A DNA stretch of 64,000 nt from assembly GCA_041665485.1 (NCBI GenBank), contig JBAYIT010000001.1, positions 140,270 through 204,269 on the forward strand, in the 5' to 3' direction. The notes beneath the pieces were generated by a model. That model was not told where the DNA came from. It searched no databases and saw only the letters and a program-made list of their open reading frames with translations. The first letter of the stretch is position 1, and each line of letters begins with the position of its first letter. Both the position numbers and the translations under genes were made by a program. The DNA comes from Candidatus Shapirobacteria bacterium. GTDB taxonomy: Bacteria > Patescibacteriota > Microgenomatia > UBA12405. Shown piece by piece: positions 20,197 through 30,654 of this stretch.

Positions 20197-20990
20197 ATTT
20201 ACTAATTGCTCCGTTTGTGAACGCTTTGTTTGGATTGTATTATTTGACGGGAAATTTAGGGTTGGCAGTAATTTTGGTGACGGTGATTATTAGGGTATTA
20301 CTTTTTCCCTTAGTTCTCCCCTCTTTTAAATCAGCCCAGAAAATGCGGGAGTTGCAACCAAGGTTGAAGAAGTTGCAGGAAAAATATGCCGGAGACAAAG
20401 AAGGATTAGCCAAGGCGCAGATGGATTTCTATAAGCAAGAAGGGGTAAACCCGCTGGGAGGTTGTTTGCCACAATTGGCACAAGTGGCTATATTGATAAT
20501 TTTTTTCTCGGCCTTTAATTTGGTGACCGGATTTAGTGAGGGGAAAAAGACAATGGTGGAAATCAACCAACAGTTAATCCCCTCTTTTCAAATAAAAGAC
20601 GATTTTAAATTTGATGTAAATTTCTTGGGCAGTGATTTAAGAGAAACGCCGGCGAAGATTTTTCAGAAAGGGATAGGAATCTGGTTAGTGGTGCCTTTGT
20701 TTATGTTGCTGGGATCGGGAGTGTTGCAGTATTTGGGAGCGAAGCTTATGTTGCCTGGTGGCAACAAGTTATCAGTTACGAGTGATCAGTTACGAATTAA
20801 AGAAAAAGAGGAAGAGAAACCGAAATCTGACGATATGCAGGAGATGATGAGAACGCAGACAATGTATATGATGCCGTTAATGACGATATTTATTGGCTGG
20901 AGCTTTAGTATTGGAATACTTCTATATTGGTTTGTGAACAGTGCTGTCATGACGGCGCAACAGGTGTGGGTGAATGGGAAGAAGAATTAA
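20193..20990 (+). CDS. yidC: Membrane protein insertase YidC (short form)
   Basis: LQPRLKKLQEKY, GVNPLGGCLP, LYWFVNS...QQ. Confidence 0.92.
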   Translation: MNLLIAPFVNALFGLYYLTGNLGLAVILVTVIIRVLLFPLVLPSFKSAQKMRELQPRLKKLQEKYAGDKEGLAKAQMDFYKQEGVNPLGGCLPQLAQVAILIIFFSAFNLVTGFSEGKKTMVEINQQLIPSFQIKDDFKFDVNFLGSDLRETPAKIFQKGIGIWLVVPLFMLLGSGVLQYLGAKLMLPGGNKLSVTSDQLRIKEKEEEKPKSDDMQEMMRTQTMYMMPLMTIFIGWSFSIGILLYWFVNSAVMTAQQVWVNGKKN

Positions 20991-21020
20991 GAGATAAGAA
21001 TCAAGTATAATTTCTCGTGT

Positions 21021-22835
21021 ATGCGCGAAACCCCTGTGGGAAAGATTCCGAATGTAGTGCCTGAAGGTACGACGTTGGCCGTTGACAGAGTACCTCCAAT
21101 TGCCATTTCATCTGAGGCGATAAGGCTTACACCAAAACTAGTTCCACTTGATGGTGCTACTCTTTTTGACCTACTTGCTGGTAAATCTGCTTTTATCGAA
21201 GCTTGCAAGAGACGGTGTTATAGTGGCACGTATGATGACTCGGATTTGAGTGTATATTCGGATGAGATGGCTGCCTTGTTGTCATCAGGCGGACAACTTG
21301 TTGATGGGGTGACGGCAACAAGTTCTACTGGCCGGGAGGTTGACGCTCTTGAAATTATGAGAAGGTCTACTTTAGGGGTAATTGCCGGCCATCTACCTAA
21401 CTTACAGGAAGATTTAAAATTTATGGGTAACAGTGTTCCACTAATGGTGGTGAGTCGTAGGTTGCTTAAAGAGAGTGTGGAAGACGCTAGGTTGTTTGAA
21501 GAGGCTTCGGCTAAAGGTGTTTATGTTCCCCCATCGCTTTTGCAGACGGCTTCTAGCCGTATGGATATCGACCTTGGTTCTCATGTGAACGTAGCTTATC
21601 CACCAAGATTTTTAGCTGATTTATATTCCTACGCACATGAGTTAGGTCATCATGTGGAAAGAACGATTAGGCTAAATAACACTGAGAGGCCAGAAGATAT
21701 GGATTTAGCGGTGAAGGATGAGGAGGTTTTAGCTTGGCAGTATGCCGATGAAATATTTGCCGACTTGACAGGCGCACTAGGGGTAGATATGGAACCATAT
21801 AACGTGATGTTGCTAAGGTTTACCGCTTTAGCATCTCGATTTACTTATCACCAATCTGAATTTTTTTCGCTTATTCAGGACTACAATCGTCGGGGTAGGT
21901 GGGGAGGTTTAGAAGGAGAGAGACTCTCAGAACTGGTGCGCGTATTAAGACGATCTGAGCGTTTGGGTGAGAGGGTACATGCTAGGATAAGCGAAAGGTC
22001 ATTTGATATCAGTGGAGTGAGGGAGGAGGATTTTCTGGCTGCATACGATGTGCTTGAGAGGTATTTTACTGCTTTAAATCAAGGGGGTGAGGTTACGAAT
22101 CGGGAGACATTTGAGTTTGCTGATCGGAGGTCATCAATCGAGGCTGGGGATCCTAGTGCCCTTCAGGATTTACAAGGTTTTTTAATTTTGCATTACTATG
22201 GCGAACAAGTACTTGAGACGAGAACCGCAAGTTCACTTGGTGACTTGGCAAGCGGATATGTGGATGTTGAACCAGTTGGTTCTTTTTTAGTGAGAAGTGG
22301 TGTTTACTCAAAACTTAGACCGATGGATGCGATACTGGCCAGTGGTAGAAAGTCCCCATTTTTTGTTGAAGTGGCGGACGACAAGGGTGGAAAATGGATA
22401 AGTATTAGAAATCCTCGGGAGTTTGTCGAGTTTCATTTTTGTCCATTTGCAACTTTAAATAATGTAGAAAACCCCGAACTTACGCTACCTATGTTGGCCA
22501 TGTGTGTTGCTGACTTTAGATCTTTACTCGAGATATTGAACAATACTCGTAAAAGCGATAGACCAGACCATGTTGTAACCTATGCTGCGACCAAAAATTC
22601 GAGGATTGTAAATCTTGCAAGAAAAATGGGTTTTGGAACAGCCAGGGTCCATTATGGTGGGAGTGATTCCGATCAAACCATACTTTATGTGTCAATAAAA
22701 AATCTTCTTGAAGGGTTTGAACAAAAGACAGAATCTCTTGATAGAACCCAAGCCATTATTACAAGAAGAGGCTGGAGTGTTGAACGAGCACGTAAGTTGG
22801 CTATTACAAGCCTGGCAAAAAACATTGTTAACTAA
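21021..22835 (+). CDS. Hypothetical protein with HEXXH zinc-metallopeptidase motif
   Basis: YAHELGHHVE...DEEVLAWQYA; inserted between yidC and jag. Confidence 0.5.
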   Translation: MRETPVGKIPNVVPEGTTLAVDRVPPIAISSEAIRLTPKLVPLDGATLFDLLAGKSAFIEACKRRCYSGTYDDSDLSVYSDEMAALLSSGGQLVDGVTATSSTGREVDALEIMRRSTLGVIAGHLPNLQEDLKFMGNSVPLMVVSRRLLKESVEDARLFEEASAKGVYVPPSLLQTASSRMDIDLGSHVNVAYPPRFLADLYSYAHELGHHVERTIRLNNTERPEDMDLAVKDEEVLAWQYADEIFADLTGALGVDMEPYNVMLLRFTALASRFTYHQSEFFSLIQDYNRRGRWGGLEGERLSELVRVLRRSERLGERVHARISERSFDISGVREEDFLAAYDVLERYFTALNQGGEVTNRETFEFADRRSSIEAGDPSALQDLQGFLILHYYGEQVLETRTASSLGDLASGYVDVEPVGSFLVRSGVYSKLRPMDAILASGRKSPFFVEVADDKGGKWISIRNPREFVEFHFCPFATLNNVENPELTLPMLAMCVADFRSLLEILNNTRKSDRPDHVVTYAATKNSRIVNLARKMGFGTARVHYGGSDSDQTILYVSIKNLLEGFEQKTESLDRTQAIITRRGWSVERARKLAITSLAKNIVN

Positions 22836-22862
22836 ATTCGTTGTTGTGTTAGAATAGCCTCA

Positions 22863-23333
22863 ATGGACAACAAAGAAAGAAATGAAAAAATTTTGGCGTT
22901 AACGTGTGAGTTGTTGGGAAAGATGAATTTTGAGATGGAAAATGCTTTTGTGGAAGATGTGGAAGGCGAAGAACCACAGGTGCTGGTGGGAGTTGAAGTA
23001 GCAAATCCAGGAAGCTTGATTGGTTTTAAGGGACGGAATTTGGCGGCGGTGCAATTGATTTTGAGCTTGATGGTGAAAAAATCGCTGGGAGAATGGGTGA
23101 GAGTTCTACTTGACGTAAATAATTACAGGCAAGAGCAGAGAATGAGACTAGAGACGATGTCCCGAGATTTGGCTAAGAAAGCAATAGAAACAGGCAAGCC
23201 GGTGGCGATGATGACAATGAGCCCGTATGAAAGGCGGATTTGCCACGTGGTGCTGACGGAAACAGAAGGAGTGACGGGAGAGTCGGAGGGAGAAGGAGAA
23301 GAGAGACATATCGTAATTAAACCTACTGTTTAA
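22863..23333 (+). CDS. jag: Jag/EloR-like KH + R3H RNA-binding protein
   Basis: LIGFKGRNLAAVQ, DVNNYR, MSPYERRICH, ESEGEGEERH. Confidence 0.9.
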   Translation: MDNKERNEKILALTCELLGKMNFEMENAFVEDVEGEEPQVLVGVEVANPGSLIGFKGRNLAAVQLILSLMVKKSLGEWVRVLLDVNNYRQEQRMRLETMSRDLAKKAIETGKPVAMMTMSPYERRICHVVLTETEGVTGESEGEGEERHIVIKPTV

Positions 23334-23356
23334 TTACGAAATTTTTAATTTGAAAT

Positions 23357-24667
23357 TTGAAATTTTTAATCAATTTAAAATTTTTAATTTTAAAATTAGA
23401 TTGGAATAAGTGGTTGTGGGTGGTTTGGTTGTTGCTGGTGCCGACGCAGTTGGGAAAACATTTTTGGCCGGAGTGGAGCTTGGTGGCGGGAGTAAGGGTG
23501 GACTATCTATCACCTACTTTGTATTTGGGGGACATTATTTGGGTTTTGCTCGTAATTTTTAATTTGAAATTTGTCCGTCTGAGACGGACTTCGCTTCGCT
23601 TCGAAATTATTAAATTAATTAAAAGCAGGAAGTTTTGGGTGGGGGTGGTTTTAGTAGTGATAAATATTTTGGTGGCGGGGAATAGATGGGAGGCAATTTA
23701 TAGGTGGATAAGAATAGGACAGGTTTTAATTAGTTTAAAGTTTATCAAGTTTAAAGTTTATCAAGTTAGGTGGTATTTGTTGTGGATAATACCGATTTGG
23801 ATAGTGGTGGAGAGTTGGTTGGGATTGGCGCAAGTGGTGAATGGGGGAAGTTTGGGAGGGATTTGGTGGTGGCTAGGAGAAAGAAGATTTGCTTTGGGAG
23901 GAATAGGATTGGCGGAATGGCAGGTGGCGGGAGAAAACATAATTAGAGCTTATGGGACATTCTCTCACCCTAATAGTCTCGCCGGTTTTCTTTTAGTATC
24001 GTTGATTTACTGGCTAGGAATCTACGAATCTAGGAATCTAGGAATTAAGAATTTTTATAAATGGACAGTTTTATGGAGTGGGGTTTTGGGAATAGTTTTG
24101 AGTGGAAGTAGAGTAGTTTGGGGAGTGGGAATAATTATTCTCATAATTTCTAATTTCCAATTTCTAATTTCTAAAAAAAATATTAATTTAAGAAAAATAA
24201 TAGGTTACTTAGGAGTGGGATCGGGGGTAATAATATTAATTTTAGGTTTGATTTCAATAAATTATAGAGTTGGGGATTTTGTGGGAGGGTGGGATAGAAA
24301 CTCAATAGATAAAAGATTGGAATTAGCGAGGCAGGCGGGGGCAATGATAAAGCTTAATCCCCTATTTGGGGTTGGGGCGGGGAATTTTTTGGTGGCTCAG
24401 CCAAGGTTTGAGATTGAAGGACAAGGGAGATGGAGACAGCCGGTGCATAATATATTTTTGTTGTGGCTTAGTGAAATGGGAATAATTATTACGATTTATA
24501 TAATCCACAAATTACAAACCTACAAGTTCCAAACAAATTTCAAAAAACAATTTCCAAATTACAAATTAGTGATTATGGGGGTGATAGCCATAACGGGGAT
24601 GGTGGACCATTATTGGCTGACATTGCCACAAAACTGGTGGCTGTTGGCGATAATGTTGGCGGTTTAA
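23357..24667 (+). CDS. O-antigen ligase/Wzy-like membrane protein (start uncertain)
   Basis: RAYGTFSHPNSLAGFL, LSGSR, PLFGVGAGNF, PVHNIFL. Confidence 0.85.
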   Translation: MKFLINLKFLILKLDWNKWLWVVWLLLVPTQLGKHFWPEWSLVAGVRVDYLSPTLYLGDIIWVLLVIFNLKFVRLRRTSLRFEIIKLIKSRKFWVGVVLVVINILVAGNRWEAIYRWIRIGQVLISLKFIKFKVYQVRWYLLWIIPIWIVVESWLGLAQVVNGGSLGGIWWWLGERRFALGGIGLAEWQVAGENIIRAYGTFSHPNSLAGFLLVSLIYWLGIYESRNLGIKNFYKWTVLWSGVLGIVLSGSRVVWGVGIIILIISNFQFLISKKNINLRKIIGYLGVGSGVIILILGLISINYRVGDFVGGWDRNSIDKRLELARQAGAMIKLNPLFGVGAGNFLVAQPRFEIEGQGRWRQPVHNIFLLWLSEMGIIITIYIIHKLQTYKFQTNFKKQFPNYKLVIMGVIAITGMVDHYWLTLPQNWWLLAIMLAV

Positions 24668-24681
24668 GTTAAAATACAGAC

Positions 24682-25893
24682 ATGTGGGCGACAATTTGGA
24701 ATACCGGAGTACAGGTGGGAGGGAAAGTAACGACGGGTTTGTTGGGCCTGGTGGCAACAATGCTTTTGACCCGGGGTTTGGGGGTGGAGCATTACGGGCA
24801 GCTGTCGCTTATTACTGCCTTTTTGGTGTTTTTGGACACGCTGGCGGATTTTGGAACAAGATTGATTGGAGTAAGGGAGATGGCTAAGAATCAAGAGGGG
24901 GTGTGGAGCCAGATGGTGTGGTTGAGAGTTATAACAACGGGATTAGCTTTTGGCTTGGGGGTGGTAGTAATTGGCTGGTGGCCGGGGTTTGAAGGGGTGA
25001 GAGGAGAGGCGATAGTGGCAATAATGATGGTGTGGCTGACAATGTTGGCCGGCAACCTAGAGATGGTGTGGCAGGCAAAACTCCGGATGGGAATGAAGGT
25101 AATGGGCGAAGTGTTGTTTTCGGTGCTGATTTTGGTGTTTTTATATCTATTTAGGATAGAGATTAACTTGATGTTGGTGATGGAAATATACCTGATAGCG
25201 AGAATTTTGAGCTTGGTGGTGGCGACGGGTTGGCTTAATAAACTCACTGGAGTGAGCAGGATTGAAAAATGGCAAAAAGACGACCTGGGACGACTGTGGA
25301 GGGAGGTTTGGCCAATGGGAGTGTATCTACTGATCTTTGCGGCTTATGACCGAGTGGTGGACTCACTGATGATTGAAAGATTTTTGGGGATAAGGGAGGT
25401 GGCCTGGTATGGACTGGCTTATAAGATGTATGCGGTGTTGATTATGCCGGCTTATTTTTTAATGGGAAGTGTGTTTCCCCTACTAGCCAAGGGTGGCAAT
25501 AATAAAGAAGCTGAAAAGAAAGTTAGGTGGTTGCTGATGGCCGGAGCAATAGGAGTAATTTTAGTGGTGGAACTCTTGGCGCCGATAATGGTGGCAATTA
25601 TGGGTGGAGACAGCTACTGGCCAACAATTGGGGTATTGCGGGGATTGATGGTGGCGCTGTTTTTTGCTTATAACAACCATTGGTTAGGGTTTAAGTTAAT
25701 AGCGAGGGGCGAACAGAAGCTAGTGTTAAAGGCAGGCCTGGTGGCGTTGACAGTGAATTTTGTAGGAAATTTATGGGCAATACCGAGGTTTGGAATTATG
25801 GGAGCGGTGGCAGTGACCGGATTGACGGAGTTGGTGTCGAGTGTGGTACTTATGGGTAGAGATAAGAACACAGAGATAAGAAATAAGAGATAA
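24682..25893 (+). CDS. Polysaccharide flippase (Wzx/MOP family)
   Basis: LTRGLGVEHYG, ADFG, YGLAYK, IPRFGIMGA; many TM segments. Confidence 0.85.
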   Translation: MWATIWNTGVQVGGKVTTGLLGLVATMLLTRGLGVEHYGQLSLITAFLVFLDTLADFGTRLIGVREMAKNQEGVWSQMVWLRVITTGLAFGLGVVVIGWWPGFEGVRGEAIVAIMMVWLTMLAGNLEMVWQAKLRMGMKVMGEVLFSVLILVFLYLFRIEINLMLVMEIYLIARILSLVVATGWLNKLTGVSRIEKWQKDDLGRLWREVWPMGVYLLIFAAYDRVVDSLMIERFLGIREVAWYGLAYKMYAVLIMPAYFLMGSVFPLLAKGGNNKEAEKKVRWLLMAGAIGVILVVELLAPIMVAIMGGDSYWPTIGVLRGLMVALFFAYNNHWLGFKLIARGEQKLVLKAGLVALTVNFVGNLWAIPRFGIMGAVAVTGLTELVSSVVLMGRDKNTEIRNKR

Positions 25894-26176
25894 GAAGCAA
25901 GATTTTGATATATTTCTCTGTTTGATGTAATGACAGTTTTATGGTGAGGTTGGGACGGTTTTTTGAGTTGAGAAAACAAGTTTTTAAGCATTGCCGATTT
26001 CAACGAGATTGCTTCGCTACGCTCGCAATGACGTTATTGAGGTTATGACGGATTTTTCACGTTCCGACCAGATACTTTGATGGAGTAAGAACAGATTGAT
26101 AAGATAATTACCGCATAATCCCCTTATTATCCCCGCAGGTAACTCAATGCCGATTTAATTTGGCTAAAATGGAGAC

Positions 26177-29134
26177 ATGGAAGCACGGATGGTGGCAGTA
26201 ATAATCGGTGGGGAAGATAGCTTGGTGGCCAATAGACTAGAGGAGTGGCTAAGGGAACACGGAGTGGAGGCGGTGAGAGCTGACCGTGAACAGTTAACCG
26301 TTGACAGTAAACCGTTAGAAGCAAAGTATGTATTTATATTCGATAGTTCTGGATTAGACCAGATGGCTTGGAGTGAAGGATCGAGGGTGGTGTTTGTTAA
26401 TGAGAACTCAGAACTAAGAACTAAGAATCAAGAATTAAATTCAGGTTTTGACTGGAGGGCAATAAAATTACATGATGTTTATGGGCCAGGGATGGGGGAT
26501 GAGGGGTGGTTGCCGACAACTTTGAGATTGGCGGTAAAGAACCAGAATTTAATACTACCACCGCCTAGCCAAAAAATTAGATTGCTGTATGTGGAAGACG
26601 CAGTGGAAGCGATTATGAGGGCATGTTTGATGTCGGGGACAGCGGGAAATACTTTTGAGGTTTATGGCGAGGAAATAACTTCGGCTGATTTGGCAGTATT
26701 GTTGATGGATCTGGCAAAGATGACGAAGACACATGTGGCCCAGATAGAGCCATCCTTCGCCAAGGCTTCGGATGATGTAAATGTGGTGGAAACTTGGGAG
26801 AAATTAAGATGGCGACCAGAGATGGGGTTTAGAGAGGGGATGGAGCCGACCTTGCAATATTTTTTTGGCAAAATAGATGAAGAAGCAAGGCGTCCTAAAC
26901 CTGTGACACCTAAAGTGGTAATAGAAAGGGAAAAGAAAGGGTGGGATGTTGAAGTCGAAGAGAGTAATCAGTTACCAGTTACGAGTTACGAGTTAGAAAA
27001 AGAAACAGAAGAAATAAAGATAGAAAAAGAACCGGAGCCGACTTCGTCAAGCTATGACGGCCGGGGAGCTACGGCGGGTAAAGAGGAAATAGTGGAAGAG
27101 CCACTAAAAATTGATAATAGGATTCTGGAGATAAGAAATAAGATGTTAGAAGATAAACTAGAGATAAGAGCTAAGAAGCAAGAGCTAAGAGAAGAAGAAA
27201 TAATTGAGGAGAGTGAGGCTGATAGGATCCTAGATCCTGGATCTTTGATCTTAGATAAAGAAGAGAAAAAGCCAGAAGTTAGAGACAAGAACACAGAGAT
27301 AAGAACTAAGAAGTTTAAGTTGCCTAGGATTAGATTTGGATTAATATTGTCGGGAATATTGGGGATAGTAGCGGTGGGAATGGTGGCGTGGTGGGGGTGG
27401 CCGATAATGAAGGTGGCTAATTTGGTTTCGGCAACAGAGAAAGCTTTAGCAGAGGGGAAAACAGAAAAAGTGGCCTTGGAGTGGGCTAAATTAGCCGACC
27501 TTTCCCGAAGCCGATTGGAAGTGTCGGGAGGGGGGAACTATGGGGAATTGATGAGATTGATTGAGGAAGGTTCAACATCAATGATGGGGCTGGTGGAGAC
27601 AAGTAGAACAGCAGAAAATGTGGCCAACTCGATCTTGAATGATAAAGACATAAATTGGGAAACAGAAGGAAAGAGTTTAATAAATGGGGTAGATAAATTG
27701 TGGACGAATAGCGGAAAACTGTCGGCGCGAATGGCGGGTGATTGGCGATGGTTGCCTTTTGGCGCTGGAGGGAAAATTAATGACTGGCGAAAAAGGCTGG
27801 TTACTGAAAGAGAAGGCCTTGAAGAGGCGAAAAAATTAGTAGGACTATTGCCGGAGATTTTGGGAGTTTCGGGAAGAAGAGAATATATGGTTTTACTCCA
27901 AAATCAGATGGAGCTGAGACCAAGTGGCGGATTTATTGGGAGTTATGGAATACTAACTTTTGAAAACGGGAAGCTGACAAACTTTACGGTCAACGATGTA
28001 TATGAGGCTGATGGCCAACTTAAGGGACACGTGGAGCCACCGGAACCAATTAAGAAATATTTGGGAGAAGCGGGCTATTTTATGAGGGATGCTAACTGGA
28101 AGGCCGACTTTACCGAAGTCTCAAAAGATATCCAGTGGTTTTTGGAGAAGGAGACAGGGAGGAAAGTTGACGGAGTGATAGGAATAAATCTTGAGGTGGT
28201 GAGGGCAATTTTGGGAGTAGTGGGGGAAATGAATGTGCCTGATTTTGGGGAAAAAATAAATAAAGATAATCTCTATGAACAGGCGGAGTATTATTCGGAG
28301 ACAAAGTTTTTTCCGGGGTCAAAACAGAAAGCCAGTTTTTTGGGAGGAATTTCCCGACAATTGTTTGAGGAGATAAAAACAGCTTCTGGAGAGAAGAGAT
28401 GGAAAATGATGGAAGCAATGCTTTTAATGCTTAATAATCGGGAAATTCAGATGGCGATTAACAATAAAGAAGTGGCGAGAGCGCTGGCTGAAACAGGGTG
28501 GAGCGGAGGGATGTTTGCTGGGGAGTGCGCCAAAGACAGATGTTTGGCGGATTATTTGTTTCCGGTAGAGGCAAATCTGGGGGTAAACAAGGCTAATTAC
28601 TTTATAAGACGGCAAACAGAAATGCTGGTGGAAATAGGGACGAATGCGGTGGTGAGAACAGTAAAGATTAGTTATGAAAATACGGCCAAAAGTAATGCCT
28701 GGCCGGGAGGGGATTATAAAAATTATTTGCGGGTTTACTTACCGATTGGAATTAATATGGCGGGAGTAAAAATAAGTGACGGGAGTACTGGGGAAATAAT
28801 AAAGACGATGGGTGGGGAGGATATGACGATAATGACGGTGGCAGGGAAGACGGAGGTGGGAATGCTAGTAATGGTGCCGATTAATAGCAAACGGGTGGTG
28901 GAGTTCAAATACGTGTCGCCAATAAACCTGTTGACCGGAGACAAGTTTTCTTACCTGTGTTACCTGCAAAAGCAGTCGGGGTGGGGGGATACGGGGCTGG
29001 TGACGTTGGTGTCGATGCCTCCTGGCTGGCAGCCAGTGCAAGTCGAGCCGGAGGCAACGGTGGTGGGAGGGAAATTATTGTTTAATAGGAGGTGGGAGAG
29101 GGATATAAAGCTTGGAGTTGAAATTTCTAAATAA
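26177..29134 (+). CDS. DUF4012-like protein with N-terminal degenerate NAD-epimerase-like domain
   Basis: VYGPG...LYVEDAVEA; TM; LLQNQMELRPSGGFIGSYG, RDANW, DGVIGIN, NLGVNKAN, YLRVYLP. Confidence 0.7.
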   Translation: MEARMVAVIIGGEDSLVANRLEEWLREHGVEAVRADREQLTVDSKPLEAKYVFIFDSSGLDQMAWSEGSRVVFVNENSELRTKNQELNSGFDWRAIKLHDVYGPGMGDEGWLPTTLRLAVKNQNLILPPPSQKIRLLYVEDAVEAIMRACLMSGTAGNTFEVYGEEITSADLAVLLMDLAKMTKTHVAQIEPSFAKASDDVNVVETWEKLRWRPEMGFREGMEPTLQYFFGKIDEEARRPKPVTPKVVIEREKKGWDVEVEESNQLPVTSYELEKETEEIKIEKEPEPTSSSYDGRGATAGKEEIVEEPLKIDNRILEIRNKMLEDKLEIRAKKQELREEEIIEESEADRILDPGSLILDKEEKKPEVRDKNTEIRTKKFKLPRIRFGLILSGILGIVAVGMVAWWGWPIMKVANLVSATEKALAEGKTEKVALEWAKLADLSRSRLEVSGGGNYGELMRLIEEGSTSMMGLVETSRTAENVANSILNDKDINWETEGKSLINGVDKLWTNSGKLSARMAGDWRWLPFGAGGKINDWRKRLVTEREGLEEAKKLVGLLPEILGVSGRREYMVLLQNQMELRPSGGFIGSYGILTFENGKLTNFTVNDVYEADGQLKGHVEPPEPIKKYLGEAGYFMRDANWKADFTEVSKDIQWFLEKETGRKVDGVIGINLEVVRAILGVVGEMNVPDFGEKINKDNLYEQAEYYSETKFFPGSKQKASFLGGISRQLFEEIKTASGEKRWKMMEAMLLMLNNREIQMAINNKEVARALAETGWSGGMFAGECAKDRCLADYLFPVEANLGVNKANYFIRRQTEMLVEIGTNAVVRTVKISYENTAKSNAWPGGDYKNYLRVYLPIGINMAGVKISDGSTGEIIKTMGGEDMTIMTVAGKTEVGMLVMVPINSKRVVEFKYVSPINLLTGDKFSYLCYLQKQSGWGDTGLVTLVSMPPGWQPVQVEPEATVVGGKLLFNRRWERDIKLGVEISK

Positions 29135-29362
29135 ATTTCAACTCCAAGAATTTCCAATTTCCAATAACCAATTTCCAAACAAATCACAACGATCAATAAC
29201 TCCGCCAGAGGCGGACTTCGCTTCGCTTCGCAAATTCTAATTTCCAAACAAATCACAATGATCAAATTGCAAACTCCAAATAAAAAATTTATAAAAATAA
29301 AAGAAGATTAACCCGATAAATCTACTACTTGACTAGTGAAATAACCGGGTTATTATTAAGGT

Positions 29363-30628
29363 ATGATTAAAAGAAGTTTATTTTCTGATATTAAGGCGCA
29401 CCTCAAAAATCCTGAAATTACCTTGATCATTGGCCCTCGTCAAGCAGGTAAGACCACGTTAATGCGTCAATTGATGGATGATTTGAATAAAGATGCTGAG
29501 AAGACTTTATTTTTAAGCCTAGACAACGACTTAGATCGGCCGTATTTTGATTCGCAAGATGCTTTGATTGGTAAGATTGAGCTAGCTTTTGGCAACCAAA
29601 AAGGTTATGTTTTTATTGATGAAATTCAAAGAAAGGTTGATGCGGGTTTGTTTTTGAAAGGAATTTACGACAGAGGTCTGCCTTATAAATTTATTGTGAC
29701 TGGCTCAGGGAGTGTTGAGTTGAAAGAGAGGGTCCATGAGTCGTTGGTGGGTAGAAAAAGGCTGTTTGAGTTGAGTACTCTTTCGTTTGGGGAATTTGTA
29801 AATTATAAAACGGAGTATAGGTACGAAAGTAAATTAGCTGATTTCTTTTTGGTTGAGTCAGGGTTGACTCAAAAATATTTTCAAGAATATTTAGATTTTG
29901 GTGGGTATCCAAGGGTTGTTTTGGCCGAAACTGAAGAAGAAAAGAGAAAAACTATTCAAGACATTTACGAAAGTTATTTGGAAAAAGATATTGCCTTGTT
30001 GTTAAACATTCAAAAAACGGTTAGTTTGACAAACTTAGTTAGGCTATTGGCGTCTCAAGCGGGAGGTTTGGTTAATGTTTCGGAAATATCATCAACTTTG
30101 GGGATATCGGTTGAGACGGTTAACAATTATCTTTGGTATTTGGAAAAAACATATATTGTGGAAAGAGTTACGCCATTTTTTAAGAATATTCGTAAAGAAA
30201 TTACAAAATCGCCAATTTACTATTTTGTGGATTTGGGGATGAAAAATTATGCCCAAAGACAATTTGGGTCATCGTTTCAACACCTGGCCGATGGTCATTT
30301 GTTTGAAAATTTTGTTTATCTACTTCTTAAAGGAAGCTTAATTCCGCCAACAAGTTTACATTTTTGGCGAACTCAAGATAAAGCCGAAGTTGATTTCGTA
30401 ATTGATTTTGGCAACGAAATAGTTCCTGTTGAGGTTAAGGCGACTAAGTTGACGGAACCAAAAATAACCCGATCTTTTAGGTCGTTTACTGATAGTTATC
30501 AACCAAAAGAGGCCTATGTGATTCATCTGGGAAAAGAATTTCAATTCAAGATCAACAATCTGACTGTTTCATTTTTGCCTTATTTTTCTTTGTTAACTAA
30601 CCATATTAGTACTTATGATGGGGATTAG
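29363..30628 (+). CDS. AAA ATPase with DUF4143
   Basis: GPRQAGKTT, FIDEIQ, TGS, GGYP, YFVDLG, EVDFV..PVEVK. Confidence 0.88.
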   Translation: MIKRSLFSDIKAHLKNPEITLIIGPRQAGKTTLMRQLMDDLNKDAEKTLFLSLDNDLDRPYFDSQDALIGKIELAFGNQKGYVFIDEIQRKVDAGLFLKGIYDRGLPYKFIVTGSGSVELKERVHESLVGRKRLFELSTLSFGEFVNYKTEYRYESKLADFFLVESGLTQKYFQEYLDFGGYPRVVLAETEEEKRKTIQDIYESYLEKDIALLLNIQKTVSLTNLVRLLASQAGGLVNVSEISSTLGISVETVNNYLWYLEKTYIVERVTPFFKNIRKEITKSPIYYFVDLGMKNYAQRQFGSSFQHLADGHLFENFVYLLLKGSLIPPTSLHFWRTQDKAEVDFVIDFGNEIVPVEVKATKLTEPKITRSFRSFTDSYQPKEAYVIHLGKEFQFKINNLTVSFLPYFSLLTNHISTYDGD

Positions 30629-30654
30629 TTAAGAAAATTCTGGGTATAAAGATT

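Noticed and set aside
29145-29280. Repeat-spacer-like pattern as a possible CRISPR array
   Set aside because: Units are degenerate 7-mers without unique 30-40 bp spacers, and no cas genes are seen
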